A stretch of 64,000 nucleotides of DNA from an uncultured Erysipelotrichaceae bacterium (GTDB lineage: Bacteria > Bacillota_I > Bacilli_A > RFN20 > CAG-826): NCBI GenBank assembly GCA_902797855.1, contig CADBUI010000026.1, forward strand, positions 1,626 through 65,625. The letters run 5' to 3'. The position numbers and the translations under genes were made by a program. Under the pieces are notes generated by a model. It did not search any database and was not told where the DNA came from. It worked only from the letters and a program-made list of their open reading frames with translations. Below, one piece after another: positions 25,535 to 37,990 of the stretch (the first letter of the stretch is position 1; each line of letters begins with the position of its first letter).

Positions 25535-27256
25535 TTATTTTCTTGGTTTTTTATTAGCAATAATTGCTTGAGTAATAAAGGATTGAGCTAAGCTCACTAA
25601 AGCGGAGATGAACCAATAAACACCCATTGCAGCAGGAAGCGAGAAGCCCATGAAGATGATAACTGCAAGCATAACATAGCTAACAAGTTTCATGGTTCTA
25701 CTTTGTTGATCTTGGGCAGGATTCTTAGTTAATCTACCACCACGTTTTTTGTTTCTAGCATTTTGTACCCATTGTGGAAGCTTCATAGATAAGAATTGTG
25801 AAGCGGCCATGAGGAGGAATAATACTAGAGCGGTCCACCAACCTGGGTTAGCTGGCCAACCGGAGAAATTCATCAAAGCATTCATAATTGATGTTGAAAG
25901 GTGTAAACCGAGAAGTTCACCAGAAGAAAGGACTGCTGAACCTTGCATAGCACCCCAAACACAGATGAATACTGGGAATTGAACTATTAAAACAAGAAGT
26001 TGTGAAAGAGGATTAATCTTGTGCTTCTTATAAAGCGCAGCTTGCTCTTGAGCAACTCTTTGTTTTTCGGCTTGGTTTGTGTTCGAATTTGGATATTTGG
26101 CTTGAATCTTAGCAAGTTCAGGTTGTAATGCTTGCATCTTTTGTTGTTGTAACGTTGATCTAAACGAAACAGCAAATATCACTAGACGAACAATGATTGT
26201 AACTAATACTAAAGCGAGTAACTGAGGTAAGGCGTTACTTGTTGGACCACCAGCCATATTGGTGAATGTATCAATTAACCATGCGACTGGATAAATTAAT
26301 AATCCTTCAAGGAATCCTTTTGACCATGCATAACTCCAATCTTTAGTGGAGAATGAGATAGGTGTACCATAGGTACCATAGTTTCCATAACGATATTCTT
26401 CGCCTCTATCAACTGTTGTAATACATGAACGAGTATTGCTCATTTGAGAATTTAAAGTGGAAACATAGTTGAGTAAATATTCTTCAGAGGCAGAGTGTTC
26501 CACACCATGTCCTGGGAATTTTTGCTCAAGTCTAAGAGTCGCCATACGATGATATCTTTCGGTGTTGGCAAACATTTTCTTTCCACCATCGACAGCCTCA
26601 TCATATAAAAACTTAGCTTCACCGCAAGCATCCATAATTTCGGTAACTTTACTAGCGGTTAAATCTTTAAAGGCGATTTGTTGATCAGCTGGAAGCTTAC
26701 TATTGTAATAGATTACAGAAGCTTCAAGGACAACTTGGTCATACATGTAAAAATATTCTGCATCTGGACGAGTTCCACCATTAGCGACAGTTCTATCATA
26801 TGCAGATTTAACAATTACATTAACATATTCTTTTGGGTCGATTTTTTGGTTTTCACGTTGTTCTCTAAAGGCATCTAAAGCAGAAACAACAACTTTGTCT
26901 CCATTTTCACCTAAAATAGAAATCTTAACGTTTAAAGATTGGTAAAACGCACCGTCAGCGCGGTAAGCGACACGACGATAAAGTTTACCACCTTCGAAAA
27001 CAGGTTCGGTCGAATAATAATAGTAGTCACCACTACCTTCTTTTTGAGCTTCTGCTAAGCTGCGATGCAAAGCATCATAGTCTTTAAATTGTTGAAGGTC
27101 GGCTTCATCAATATAAGTAGAAACTCCTGGATCGTAAGCGTAAAGAATGCGTGCTTTATCATATTCTGAACAAAAGTTCGCTGTACATCCACTGATAGCA
27201 ACTACCGAAAGTAATAGACCAGCTAAACCCAAAGTAAGTTTGGTAGATCTTTTCAT
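25535..27256 (-). CDS. yidC: YidC/Oxa1-family membrane insertase, lipoprotein form with a large N-terminal extracytoplasmic domain
   Basis: The lipobox is LLLSVVAISG-C (Cys24). The conserved insertase core starts near residue 310 (YPVAWLIDTF...MQALQPELAKIQAKY...GCLPMLIQ-like VLIVQFPVFI). The start overlaps the rnpA stop by 1 nt. Confidence 0.85.
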   Translation of the reverse strand: MKRSTKLTLGLAGLLLSVVAISGCTANFCSEYDKARILYAYDPGVSTYIDEADLQQFKDYDALHRSLAEAQKEGSGDYYYYSTEPVFEGGKLYRRVAYRADGAFYQSLNVKISILGENGDKVVVSALDAFREQRENQKIDPKEYVNVIVKSAYDRTVANGGTRPDAEYFYMYDQVVLEASVIYYNSKLPADQQIAFKDLTASKVTEIMDACGEAKFLYDEAVDGGKKMFANTERYHRMATLRLEQKFPGHGVEHSASEEYLLNYVSTLNSQMSNTRSCITTVDRGEEYRYGNYGTYGTPISFSTKDWSYAWSKGFLEGLLIYPVAWLIDTFTNMAGGPTSNALPQLLALVLVTIIVRLVIFAVSFRSTLQQQKMQALQPELAKIQAKYPNSNTNQAEKQRVAQEQAALYKKHKINPLSQLLVLIVQFPVFICVWGAMQGSAVLSSGELLGLHLSTSIMNALMNFSGWPANPGWWTALVLFLLMAASQFLSMKLPQWVQNARNKKRGGRLTKNPAQDQQSRTMKLVSYVMLAVIIFMGFSLPAAMGVYWFISALVSLAQSFITQAIIANKKPRK

Positions 27257-27585
27257 TAGTTACATCCTACTTTCTTAAGTAATTCTCTAACTTCGTTTTC
27301 ACTAGTTGAGAAATCCTTAATGTTAAATCTTTTACGAGCCACAAAAATTAAGTCGAAAGATAATTCTTGATTTAACTCGTGGGCAAGTATTGCCCTAATT
27401 TGTCTTTTAATTCTGTTCCTAATAACAGCGTTTCCGCTTTTCGTAGGAACCGAGATACCCACACGAGGGTATCCCAAATCATTCTTAAGGTAATAGAGGT
27501 TTAAACAATTGGTACGTTCCAATAAGCCGTTTTCGATAACTTTTTGGAATTCTTGATGGGATTTAACTCTATTCTTAACCTTCAT
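27256..27585 (-). CDS. rnpA: Ribonuclease P protein component
   Basis: The basic RNR motif is AVIRNRIKRQIR. It sits immediately downstream of rpmH. Confidence 0.9.
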   Translation of the reverse strand: MKVKNRVKSHQEFQKVIENGLLERTNCLNLYYLKNDLGYPRVGISVPTKSGNAVIRNRIKRQIRAILAHELNQELSFDLIFVARKRFNIKDFSTSENEVRELLKKVGCN

Positions 27586-27589
27586 GAAA

Positions 27590-27724
27590 TTAGATAGAGA
27601 CTCTGGCTCTTCCTTTTGAACGACGAGCAGCTAAAACCTTACGGCCACTGGCAGTTGACATTCTGCTGCGGAATCCATGGACATTTTTTCTATGTCTCTT
27701 GCTTGGTTGATAAGTTCTTTTCAT
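27590..27724 (-). CDS. rpmH: 50S ribosomal protein L34 (44 aa, below the ORF-track size cut-off)
   Basis: Manual reverse translation gives [44 protein letters not shown] followed by a stop. The SD AGGAGAA lies upstream. Confidence 0.95.
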   Translation of the reverse strand: MKRTYQPSKRHRKNVHGFRSRMSTASGRKVLAARRSKGRARVSI

Positions 27725-27933
27725 AATAATTTTCTCCTGTGTCTAAACACGCGATTAGAATTATATATTTATACACACACCAAGTCAAAGACTTTGTACG
27801 TGTAGGCACGAATAACTATTTAAAATCATAAATATTTAGGTACGCACAAAATAGTTCCGAATCCATCGATAAATTCTATAGTTATCAAGGTTTTTCGATT
27901 ATTTTTTGAAAAAAAGACAAATCACAAGAAAAG

Positions 27934-27942
27934 TTATCCACA
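27934..27942 (+). promoter_or_regulatory. DnaA box (perfect TTATCCACA)
   Basis: Exact consensus 9-mer, embedded in the 15-nt repeat AAGTTATCCACAATT (27931..27945). Confidence 0.85.
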
Positions 27943-27976
27943 ATTCATGACAAGAATGTTGCTCAAAAATGGCAAG

Positions 27977-27985
27977 TTATCCACA
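27977..27985 (+). promoter_or_regulatory. DnaA box (perfect TTATCCACA)
   Basis: Exact consensus 9-mer, embedded in a second copy of AAGTTATCCACAATT (27974..27988), 43 bp from the first. Confidence 0.85.
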
Positions 27986-28164
27986 ATTGTAAACGTTTAC
28001 ATTTATACGTGGATTGACTGTTGTTAATACGGTTAATATTACAAATATAATCATTTTATGATTACTTTTGTTTACTTTTAGAGTTGATAACTGTAATTTT
28101 GACTCAATAGTGTTAATTTCGTTTTTCCACTAATATTCACATCCGTTAAAATTGCTTTAATTAT

Positions 28165-28173
28165 TGTGGATAA
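28165..28173 (-). promoter_or_regulatory. DnaA box (perfect, inverted orientation)
   Basis: The plus strand reads TGTGGATAA. The extended context AGTTATCCACAAT is shared with the two upstream boxes. Confidence 0.85.
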
Positions 28174-28312
28174 CTACCCAAAAATTATCTATTTTCCTTC
28201 AAAAATTGCCATAAATTAGTGGAAAACTTTTGTCAAGAGAAAAAATAATTAATTTATTTGTTTTATTTTGCGTTACTTGCGTATATACTTTATACGAAAA
28301 TGAGGTGTTGAT

Positions 28313-29671
28313 ATGTTAGAAAGTGTTACTGAGTTAAATAACCTTTGGTCCAGGATGCTTGAACAAGTAAAAATAGAAATTAACGACCCTAGAATTTTTG
28401 ATAGCTTTGTTGCAGATTCACGACTACATTCATTCGATTCAAATACGATGGTTGTAGCGGTTAATTCCTCACTTGCTGTTAGAATTCTAAAATCGAATTA
28501 CGAACAATCTTTCATCAAAGTTGCAAAAGAATTAACCAATCAATCAAATATCAAAATCAAATTTGATGAAATCGATCATCTAAAAACATTAGAAAAACCA
28601 GAAGAAGTTAAGCCAACCTACTTCTCTTCATCAATTATCAAAAGTAATTTTACATTTGATAACTTTATAGTTGGTAAGTGTAACAAGGTTGCTCAACAAG
28701 CCGCCTTACTTATCGCTTCAAATCCTGGCAAATTCTATAACCCATTATTTATTTATTCCAATTCTGGATTAGGTAAAACACACTTGTTATTCGCTATTGC
28801 GAATTATATAAAAGAAAAGGACCCAAAGAAGAAAGTTTTATATTGTTCTTCCGACGACTTTATTGCTGAAGTCGTGGAAGTTATGAGAGGTACCGATAAT
28901 GGTATTAAACTCAAAAACTATGTCGCGCAGTATGATGTATTTCTTATTGATGATATTCAACTATTTGCAAGCAAAGAAAGAACTGGAGACTTCTTCTTCC
29001 AAGTTTATACAAGACTATTTAACGCTGGAAAACAAATTGTTATCACAAGTGATAAACACCCTGAACAATTAAAAGGATTTGAAGATAGACTCAGATCAAG
29101 ATTCCAAGATGGTCTAACAGTTGAAATTGAACAACCTGACGCTGATACATGCTACGAAATTCTTAAAGCCAAGATTAACGCCAGCCCAATCAACATCGAC
29201 TCGTTCGACGAAGATGTTCTCAGATTTATTGCTGAAAAATTCTCTAGAAACATTAGAAACATCAACGAAGCTTTAAACAAATTGTTGTTTTACACAACAA
29301 GTATCAACCCAACATCCAGAATTACAATGGAAGTTGCCCTCGAAGCTTTACAACCTCTCATCAACGTTAAAGATTCAAAGCAAAAGCTTAACGAACAAAA
29401 AATTATTAATGTTGTTGCGGATTACTATGGAAAAACTCCTTCCCAAATTACTGGTAGAGGTAGACCTGGAGACATCACTCTCCCACGTCACATTTGCTGG
29501 TATTTAATCAAAACAATGCTTGATGTTTCTTATGACAAAATTGGAGCATCGTTCAGTGGCAAGGATCATAGCACGGTTATGAGTGGTGTTAAAAAAGTGG
29601 AAAACGAGTTAAAAACTAACACCCTACTACAGAACGCTGTAAACGATATCAAAAAGATACTAAAATCATAG
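28313..29671 (+). CDS. dnaA: Chromosomal replication initiator protein DnaA
   Basis: AAA+ Walker A GLGKTHLL, Walker B FLIDDIQ, and the domain IV DNA-binding signature (DHSTVMSGVKKV). The SD GAGGTG precedes the ATG. Confidence 0.97.
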   Translation: MLESVTELNNLWSRMLEQVKIEINDPRIFDSFVADSRLHSFDSNTMVVAVNSSLAVRILKSNYEQSFIKVAKELTNQSNIKIKFDEIDHLKTLEKPEEVKPTYFSSSIIKSNFTFDNFIVGKCNKVAQQAALLIASNPGKFYNPLFIYSNSGLGKTHLLFAIANYIKEKDPKKKVLYCSSDDFIAEVVEVMRGTDNGIKLKNYVAQYDVFLIDDIQLFASKERTGDFFFQVYTRLFNAGKQIVITSDKHPEQLKGFEDRLRSRFQDGLTVEIEQPDADTCYEILKAKINASPINIDSFDEDVLRFIAEKFSRNIRNINEALNKLLFYTTSINPTSRITMEVALEALQPLINVKDSKQKLNEQKIINVVADYYGKTPSQITGRGRPGDITLPRHICWYLIKTMLDVSYDKIGASFSGKDHSTVMSGVKKVENELKTNTLLQNAVNDIKKILKS

Positions 29672-29746
29672 AATTTATTAATTTATAATAAAATTCTTAA
29701 TTAGATACATGTTATATGCTAGAATAAATTTATCTTAAAAATAGAC

Positions 29747-29755
29747 TTATCCACA
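29747..29755 (+). promoter_or_regulatory. DnaA box (perfect TTATCCACA) in the dnaA-dnaN spacer
   Basis: Exact consensus 9-mer, followed by a short GC cluster (CACCGTG) and then an A/T-only tract. Confidence 0.8.
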
Positions 29756-29770
29756 TATTCACCGTGTATA

Positions 29771-29835
29771 ACTTAGAATTATCATTATTATTAATATAAT
29801 AAATATAAACAAATAAATATTATTAAGTTACACGA
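29771..29835. other. Candidate DNA unwinding element of oriC (dnaA-dnaN module)
   Basis: This stretch is almost pure A/T (ACTTAGAATTATCATTATTATTAATATAATAAATATAAACAAATAAATATTATTAAG) and includes ATTATTATTAAT trinucleotide periodicity at 29784..29795. The position matches the Bacillus-type DUE. Confidence 0.5.
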
Positions 29836-29854
29836 AATTGGAGGAACTTAAAAA

Positions 29855-30973
29855 ATGAGATTCACAATTAATAAAGAACAATTCTTAAAAGGATTAGGAA
29901 TGGTATCGAAAGCTGTACCACAAAAAGTTGAGTTACCTATCCTTGCAAATATTAAAATAGAACTTTCCAAAAAAGGACTCGAATTAACTGGTAGTGATAA
30001 TAATATGACTATCAGAACAATCGTTCCTTATATGATTGACGACAAAGAAATTATTAGAAATTACAAAGAAGGTGCGGTTTTAATCGGAAACAAAATCTTC
30101 TTAGAAATTATTCGTCACTTAGAAGGCGAAGAAGTTACAGTTGAACTTATTGATGGTTCAATGCTTAGAGTTGATGATGGTAAATCAAACTACAACCTCA
30201 ACTGCATTGATGCGGATGAATATCCTGAAATCGATTTATCTAAATCTGGCGCCATTTTTGACGTCAAAGTTAGTGACATGGTATCTTTAGTCGACCAAAC
30301 CGCTTTCGCGGCTTCTACTAAGGAAACTAGACCGATTTTGACCACTGTGAATCTTGACGCTCATGATCATGTTCTCACTGCAACTGCAACAGACACCGCT
30401 AGACTTGCTAGAAAGAAAATAGAAATCGAACACGATGTGAGATTTTCTGCCAACATCCCAGCGAAAAAATTACAAGATATTGTTCGTTCCTTCGAAGGTG
30501 CAGATATCGTCACTATCGCTATAAGCGATAAGAAGGCACTTTTCTCCTTCAATAACACTGTAATTTCCACTCGTTTGACTAACGGAGATTATCCAAATAC
30601 AAAGAACATTGTTCCAAAGGCCTTCAACTATTATCTTGAAGTCAACGCTCGCGAATTTTTAAGCGCTATGGAACGTGTTTCTCTTCTTTCTGCTGAACAT
30701 GATGGCGTTGTAAGAATTCTTATGTCTGATGAAGGAGTTGAGCTCAATTCTAGATCATCCACAGTTGGTGCTGCTAAAGAAAAATTAAGTGTTTATCGTT
30801 TTGAAGGTGATCGCTTTGAAATTAGCTTCCGCGCTATGTTTGTAGCAGACGCAATTAAAGCAATTAAATCCGAAGATGTGACACTTGCATTTATAGGCGA
30901 AATGAAGCCGTTTGTGGTCAAAAACCCAAAAGATGACACCGTCGATATGCTCGTCACTCCATTACGTGCTTAA
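29855..30973 (+). CDS. dnaN: DNA polymerase III beta sliding clamp
   Basis: 372 aa with MRFTINKEQFLKGL, a three-domain clamp pattern and a C-terminal MLVTPLRA. The SD GGAGGA precedes the ATG. Confidence 0.95.
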   Translation: MRFTINKEQFLKGLGMVSKAVPQKVELPILANIKIELSKKGLELTGSDNNMTIRTIVPYMIDDKEIIRNYKEGAVLIGNKIFLEIIRHLEGEEVTVELIDGSMLRVDDGKSNYNLNCIDADEYPEIDLSKSGAIFDVKVSDMVSLVDQTAFAASTKETRPILTTVNLDAHDHVLTATATDTARLARKKIEIEHDVRFSANIPAKKLQDIVRSFEGADIVTIAISDKKALFSFNNTVISTRLTNGDYPNTKNIVPKAFNYYLEVNAREFLSAMERVSLLSAEHDGVVRILMSDEGVELNSRSSTVGAAKEKLSVYRFEGDRFEISFRAMFVADAIKAIKSEDVTLAFIGEMKPFVVKNPKDDTVDMLVTPLRA

Positions 30974-31012
30974 TAGCCTCAAAAACAGCAAAATTCACAT
31001 ATGTATTTACAA

Positions 31013-31037
31013 GGGAATAAAATATATTCCCTTTTTT
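31013..31037 (+). terminator. Rho-independent terminator after dnaN
   Basis: GGGAATA(31013..31019)/TATTCCC(31025..31031) followed by TTTTTT. Confidence 0.7.
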
Positions 31038-31046
31038 ATTTATATA

Positions 31047-31055
31047 TGGTATAAT
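31047..31055 (+). promoter_or_regulatory. Extended -10 promoter element (TGgTATAAT) for yaaA-recF-gyrBA
   Basis: TGGTATAAT lies 30 nt upstream of the yaaA ATG. I saw no convincing -35. Confidence 0.45.
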
Positions 31056-31084
31056 CGCGTTGGAGAATTAATATAACCTTTTTT

Positions 31085-31303
31085 ATGAATAAAAAACCTA
31101 TTGTTATCTCTATTGCCTCTGAATATATCACGTTAGGCCAATTTCTTAAATTTGCAGATGTGATCGAAACTGGAGGTGAAGCTAAGATCTTCTTGGCCAG
31201 TAATAAAGTTCTAATTAATGATGAGAACGATAATAGACGAGGAAGAAAACTTAGAAGTGGAGACAAGGTTGAAATTAAAGGGGTTACTTATTTGATCAAA
31301 TAG
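31085..31303 (+). CDS. yaaA: S4-like RNA-binding protein YaaA
   Basis: 72 aa with ITLGQFLKFADVIETGGEAKIFL...VLINDENDNRRGRKLRSGDKVE. It has the conserved position between dnaN and recF. Confidence 0.75.
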   Translation: MNKKPIVISIASEYITLGQFLKFADVIETGGEAKIFLASNKVLINDENDNRRGRKLRSGDKVEIKGVTYLIK

Positions 31304-31305
31304 CG

Positions 31306-34385
<3,080 letters not shown>

Positions 34386-34403
34386 TGAAAGGAGACAGAA
34401 ATT

Positions 34404-36986
34404 ATGTCAGAAAACGAAAAGAAAGACGTTCTTCCAGAAGAAGCTAACGAAAGCGAAGAATCTTCTGTTAATGAAGAAGAACTTAATAAGATTGAAGAAG
34501 GCATTGTTCCTGGCCTCCGTGACACTGATCTTTCCAAAGAAGTCAGAAGTTCATTCTTAGATTACGCAATGTCTGTTATTGTCTCTCGTGCAATTCCAGA
34601 TGTTCGCGATGGATGTAAACCTGTTCACCGCAGAGTCATCTATGGTATGCATGCCTCAGGTATGTTCCCAGGTTCTCCATATAAGAAATGTGCGCGTATC
34701 GTTGGTGACGTCATGGGTAAATATCACCCACATGGTGACCAAGCCATCTATTCAACGCTTGTCCGTTTAGCCCAACCATTCGCGATGAGATACACCCTCG
34801 TTGATGGTCATGGTAACTTCGGTTCTGTTGATGGCGATGAACCAGCTGCTATGCGTTATACCGAAGCAAGAATGACCAAACTTGCTGTCGAAATGGTTAG
34901 AGATATTAACTGTGATACAGTTGATTTTGTCGATAACTATGATGGTACTGAACAAGAACCAGCAGTCCTTCCATCTAGATTCCCTAACTTACTTGTTAAT
35001 GGATCTAATGGTATCGCTGTTGGTATGGCAACTTATATTCCAACTCATAACTTAGGTGAAGTTATTGATGCAGTTGTCGCTATCGCTCATAACCCAGACC
35101 TTACTCCTCTTGAAATTATGTCCAACTATTTATATGGACCAGATTTCCCAACTGGAGCACTTATTTTAGGCCGTAGTGGCATTAAAGAAGCCTACGAAAC
35201 TGGTACTGGTAGTATCGTTATTCGTTCACGTTGTGAAATTAAAGAAAACGAACACTCTGGTAAAAAACAAATTATTGTTAGCGAAATCCCATATCAAGTT
35301 AACAAAGCTGCAATGGTTGAAAGCATTGGTAAACTTGTTAGAGATAAAGTTGTTGAAGGTATCACCGATATTCGTGATGAATCCTCAAAAGGAAAAGTCA
35401 GAATCGTTATCGATGTTCGTCATGACTGTATCCCAGAAGTTATCCTCAACCAACTCTTCAAACTAACTCAACTTCAAACAAGTATGGGTATTATTATGCT
35501 CTGCTTAGTTGATGGTGCACCAAAAATTCTTCCAATTAACGAACTTCTTAAAGAATATTTAAATTTCCAAACATCCGTTATTGAAAGAAGAACCAAATTC
35601 CTTCTTGCTAAAGACGAAGCTCGTGACCACATCGTTGTCGGTTTACTTAAAGCAATCGACGTTATCGATGAAGTCATTCACATCATTCGTCATAGTGACA
35701 CTCCTGAAGATGCAAGCTCATCACTTATGAGTAAGTTTGGTTTTGATGAACCTCAAACCGCTGCCATCTTAGCGATGACACTTCGTAGATTAAGTGGTCT
35801 AGAAGCTCATAAACTAGAAGAAGAAAGAGCCGAACTTGAAAAGAATATTGCTGAATATAAACGTATTCTTTCTAGCAAAGAAAATATCATCGAAGTTGTT
35901 GTTAAAGAACTCAAAGAAATTAAAGAAAAATTCGCTGATGAACGTCGTACAGAAATTTCTGATCAAGCCGCAACCATCGAAGATGAAGCTTTAATTCCAG
36001 AACAAGATATCGTTATCACCTTAACTTCTAATAACTATGTTAAGAGAATGACAAGTGATACATTCCGCACTCAAAATAGAGGTGGTCGTGGAGTAAGAGG
36101 TATGGCCACTAATGAAGAAGACAAAGTCTCCATCATGGTCCACACCAAAACCCACACTGATATCTTATTCTTCTCTTCACTTGGTAGAGTCTATCGTTTA
36201 AGAGGATATATGATTCCTGAAGGTAGTCGTATTTCCAAGGGACTTCCTATCCAAAATTTACTTGATTTAGAGAAAGGTGAAAAGATTATGTCCATCATCT
36301 CACTTGATGAATATAACCCAGAACACTATCTCTTCTTCGTCACCAAAAACGGTATTGTTAAAAGAACAAAACTTTCCGAATTTGAATCAATTAGAAAAAA
36401 CGGAAAGATCGCTATCGTTTTACGTGAAGGCGATGAATTATTTGATGTTAAACACATCGATGAATCCACAATTGTTAGCTTAGCCTCTGCTAAAGGTAAA
36501 GTTGCAACATTTAAAGTCTGGGAAGAAGTTAGACCAATTGGTAGAACTGCTTCTGGTGTTATCGGTATGGACACCGATGGCGCTCCAATCGTTGGTGTTG
36601 CCACCTCTAATGAAGGTGAATTCATCCTTGCCATTTCTAGAAATGGTTATGGTAAGATGACTTTAGCTAATGAAGATTCATATAAGTGCAAACATAGAGG
36701 CACCAAAGGTGTTACCACTCTTAACGCAACCGCTAAAGTTGGTAAACTTGTTGCCCTTAGAGCCGTTCATGGTGATGAAGATCTTATGATGGTTACCTCA
36801 AATGGTACAATTCTTAGAATTCCACTTGAACAAGTTAAAGTCGCAAGTCGCAACACCCAAGGTGTTCGTATTATTAGACTTGAAGACGAAAAACAAAAAG
36901 TCGCTTCAATTACCGTCGTTCCTCATGAAGAAGAAACTGAAGGTGAAGAAGCACCTGCTAGTGAGGTCGTTGCTGAAAACGAATAA
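34404..36986 (+). CDS. gyrA: DNA gyrase subunit A
   Basis: The active-site region is AAMRYTEARM and the QRDR is HPHGDQAIY. A C-terminal beta-pinwheel and acidic tail follow. Confidence 0.97.
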   Translation: MSENEKKDVLPEEANESEESSVNEEELNKIEEGIVPGLRDTDLSKEVRSSFLDYAMSVIVSRAIPDVRDGCKPVHRRVIYGMHASGMFPGSPYKKCARIVGDVMGKYHPHGDQAIYSTLVRLAQPFAMRYTLVDGHGNFGSVDGDEPAAMRYTEARMTKLAVEMVRDINCDTVDFVDNYDGTEQEPAVLPSRFPNLLVNGSNGIAVGMATYIPTHNLGEVIDAVVAIAHNPDLTPLEIMSNYLYGPDFPTGALILGRSGIKEAYETGTGSIVIRSRCEIKENEHSGKKQIIVSEIPYQVNKAAMVESIGKLVRDKVVEGITDIRDESSKGKVRIVIDVRHDCIPEVILNQLFKLTQLQTSMGIIMLCLVDGAPKILPINELLKEYLNFQTSVIERRTKFLLAKDEARDHIVVGLLKAIDVIDEVIHIIRHSDTPEDASSSLMSKFGFDEPQTAAILAMTLRRLSGLEAHKLEEERAELEKNIAEYKRILSSKENIIEVVVKELKEIKEKFADERRTEISDQAATIEDEALIPEQDIVITLTSNNYVKRMTSDTFRTQNRGGRGVRGMATNEEDKVSIMVHTKTHTDILFFSSLGRVYRLRGYMIPEGSRISKGLPIQNLLDLEKGEKIMSIISLDEYNPEHYLFFVTKNGIVKRTKLSEFESIRKNGKIAIVLREGDELFDVKHIDESTIVSLASAKGKVATFKVWEEVRPIGRTASGVIGMDTDGAPIVGVATSNEGEFILAISRNGYGKMTLANEDSYKCKHRGTKGVTTLNATAKVGKLVALRAVHGDEDLMMVTSNGTILRIPLEQVKVASRNTQGVRIIRLEDEKQKVASITVVPHEEETEGEEAPASEVVAENE

Positions 36987-36991
36987 TATTC

Positions 36992-37990
36992 ATGAAGGTT
37001 TGTGTTTATTTTGAACCTAGTGAAAACCGTGATAATTTTGAGGGCGCTAGATTAAGAAAAAATATCAAAGGCGCTCTCGAGATCATGGGTATTCCTTATT
37101 GCAACAATATTGTGAATAAGTATGATTTAATTCACTTTATTTCAATTAAGGATGAAGAAAAAATAAACGATGCAATCGAAAGCCACATTCCAACTGTAAT
37201 TTCAGCGTTTATGTGTGAAAACGATATAACCGCTCGAATTACAAATGTTAGAAACGAGAATGTTGGCTTATCTTTAAAAGCTATTCGTGTCTTAAATAAA
37301 GTTGACCGTGTTCTTGTTCCAAATCAAACTGGTAAAGAATTCCTCTTAAAACATGGAATAACTTCAAAAATTGATGTTGTTACTCCAGGAGTGAAACTTT
37401 CTAGATTTGAAAAGACAAATCAAATTGAAGATGATGTCTTCTATCGATATTATCAACTTGAAAAAGACGCAAAATTTATTGTCTCAATTGGAACTTATGA
37501 CGATAAAGAATGTCTAAAAGCTCTTAAAGAGGTTGCAAGAAAATGTCCTAAATATAAATTCTTCTTTTTCGGAGTTGGTCAAAACGCGAAGAAATTATAT
37601 AAAAGTAGAAACGTTCCTTCTAACTTAAAACTTGCCCTTCTTATGAACGATGAAGTTTATTGTTCAATGATGAAACAGGCGAGTATCTATCTTTCTTTTG
37701 ATAATTCTAAGCATTCTCCTATTACTCTTCTTGACGCTGCAAGTAGCAAAACTCAAATTGTTGCGCTTGAGCCATTATCATATAACGAAGAAATATTAAA
37801 AGAAACGCGTGCGTACACGTGCGCGAATGTGGGAGAGGTTGTTCTAACAATCGAAGGTCTTATGAAAGGCTCTCTACCATTTAAAGTAGAAGAAGCTTAT
37901 GAATTCGCGAAAAAGAATTCGCTTGAAAAACTCGGAGAAGAACTTAAAGAAGAATATGAAAATATAATTACGGAGGCAAAAAAGAAATGA
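36992..37990 (+). CDS. Putative GT-B fold glycosyltransferase (GT4-like, divergent)
   Basis: The N-terminal half ends in VLVPNQTGKEFLLKHGI...VVTPGVKLSRFE. The C-terminal half has a donor-binding-like segment ITLLDAASSKTQIVALEPLSYNEEIL. It starts 5 nt after gyrA and has an ATGA overlap with serS. Confidence 0.45.
   Translation: MKVCVYFEPSENRDNFEGARLRKNIKGALEIMGIPYCNNIVNKYDLIHFISIKDEEKINDAIESHIPTVISAFMCENDITARITNVRNENVGLSLKAIRVLNKVDRVLVPNQTGKEFLLKHGITSKIDVVTPGVKLSRFEKTNQIEDDVFYRYYQLEKDAKFIVSIGTYDDKECLKALKEVARKCPKYKFFFFGVGQNAKKLYKSRNVPSNLKLALLMNDEVYCSMMKQASIYLSFDNSKHSPITLLDAASSKTQIVALEPLSYNEEILKETRAYTCANVGEVVLTIEGLMKGSLPFKVEEAYEFAKKNSLEKLGEELKEEYENIITEAKKK

Larger units (their letters stand above)
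27725..28312. other. oriC, upstream (rpmH-dnaA) module with DnaA-box cluster and the dnaA promoter
   Basis: This is a 588-bp AT-rich non-coding gap between rpmH and dnaA. It holds three perfect TTATCCACA boxes plus an inverted pair of TTTTCCACT-type degenerate boxes (28123..28131, 28218..28226). Confidence 0.85.
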
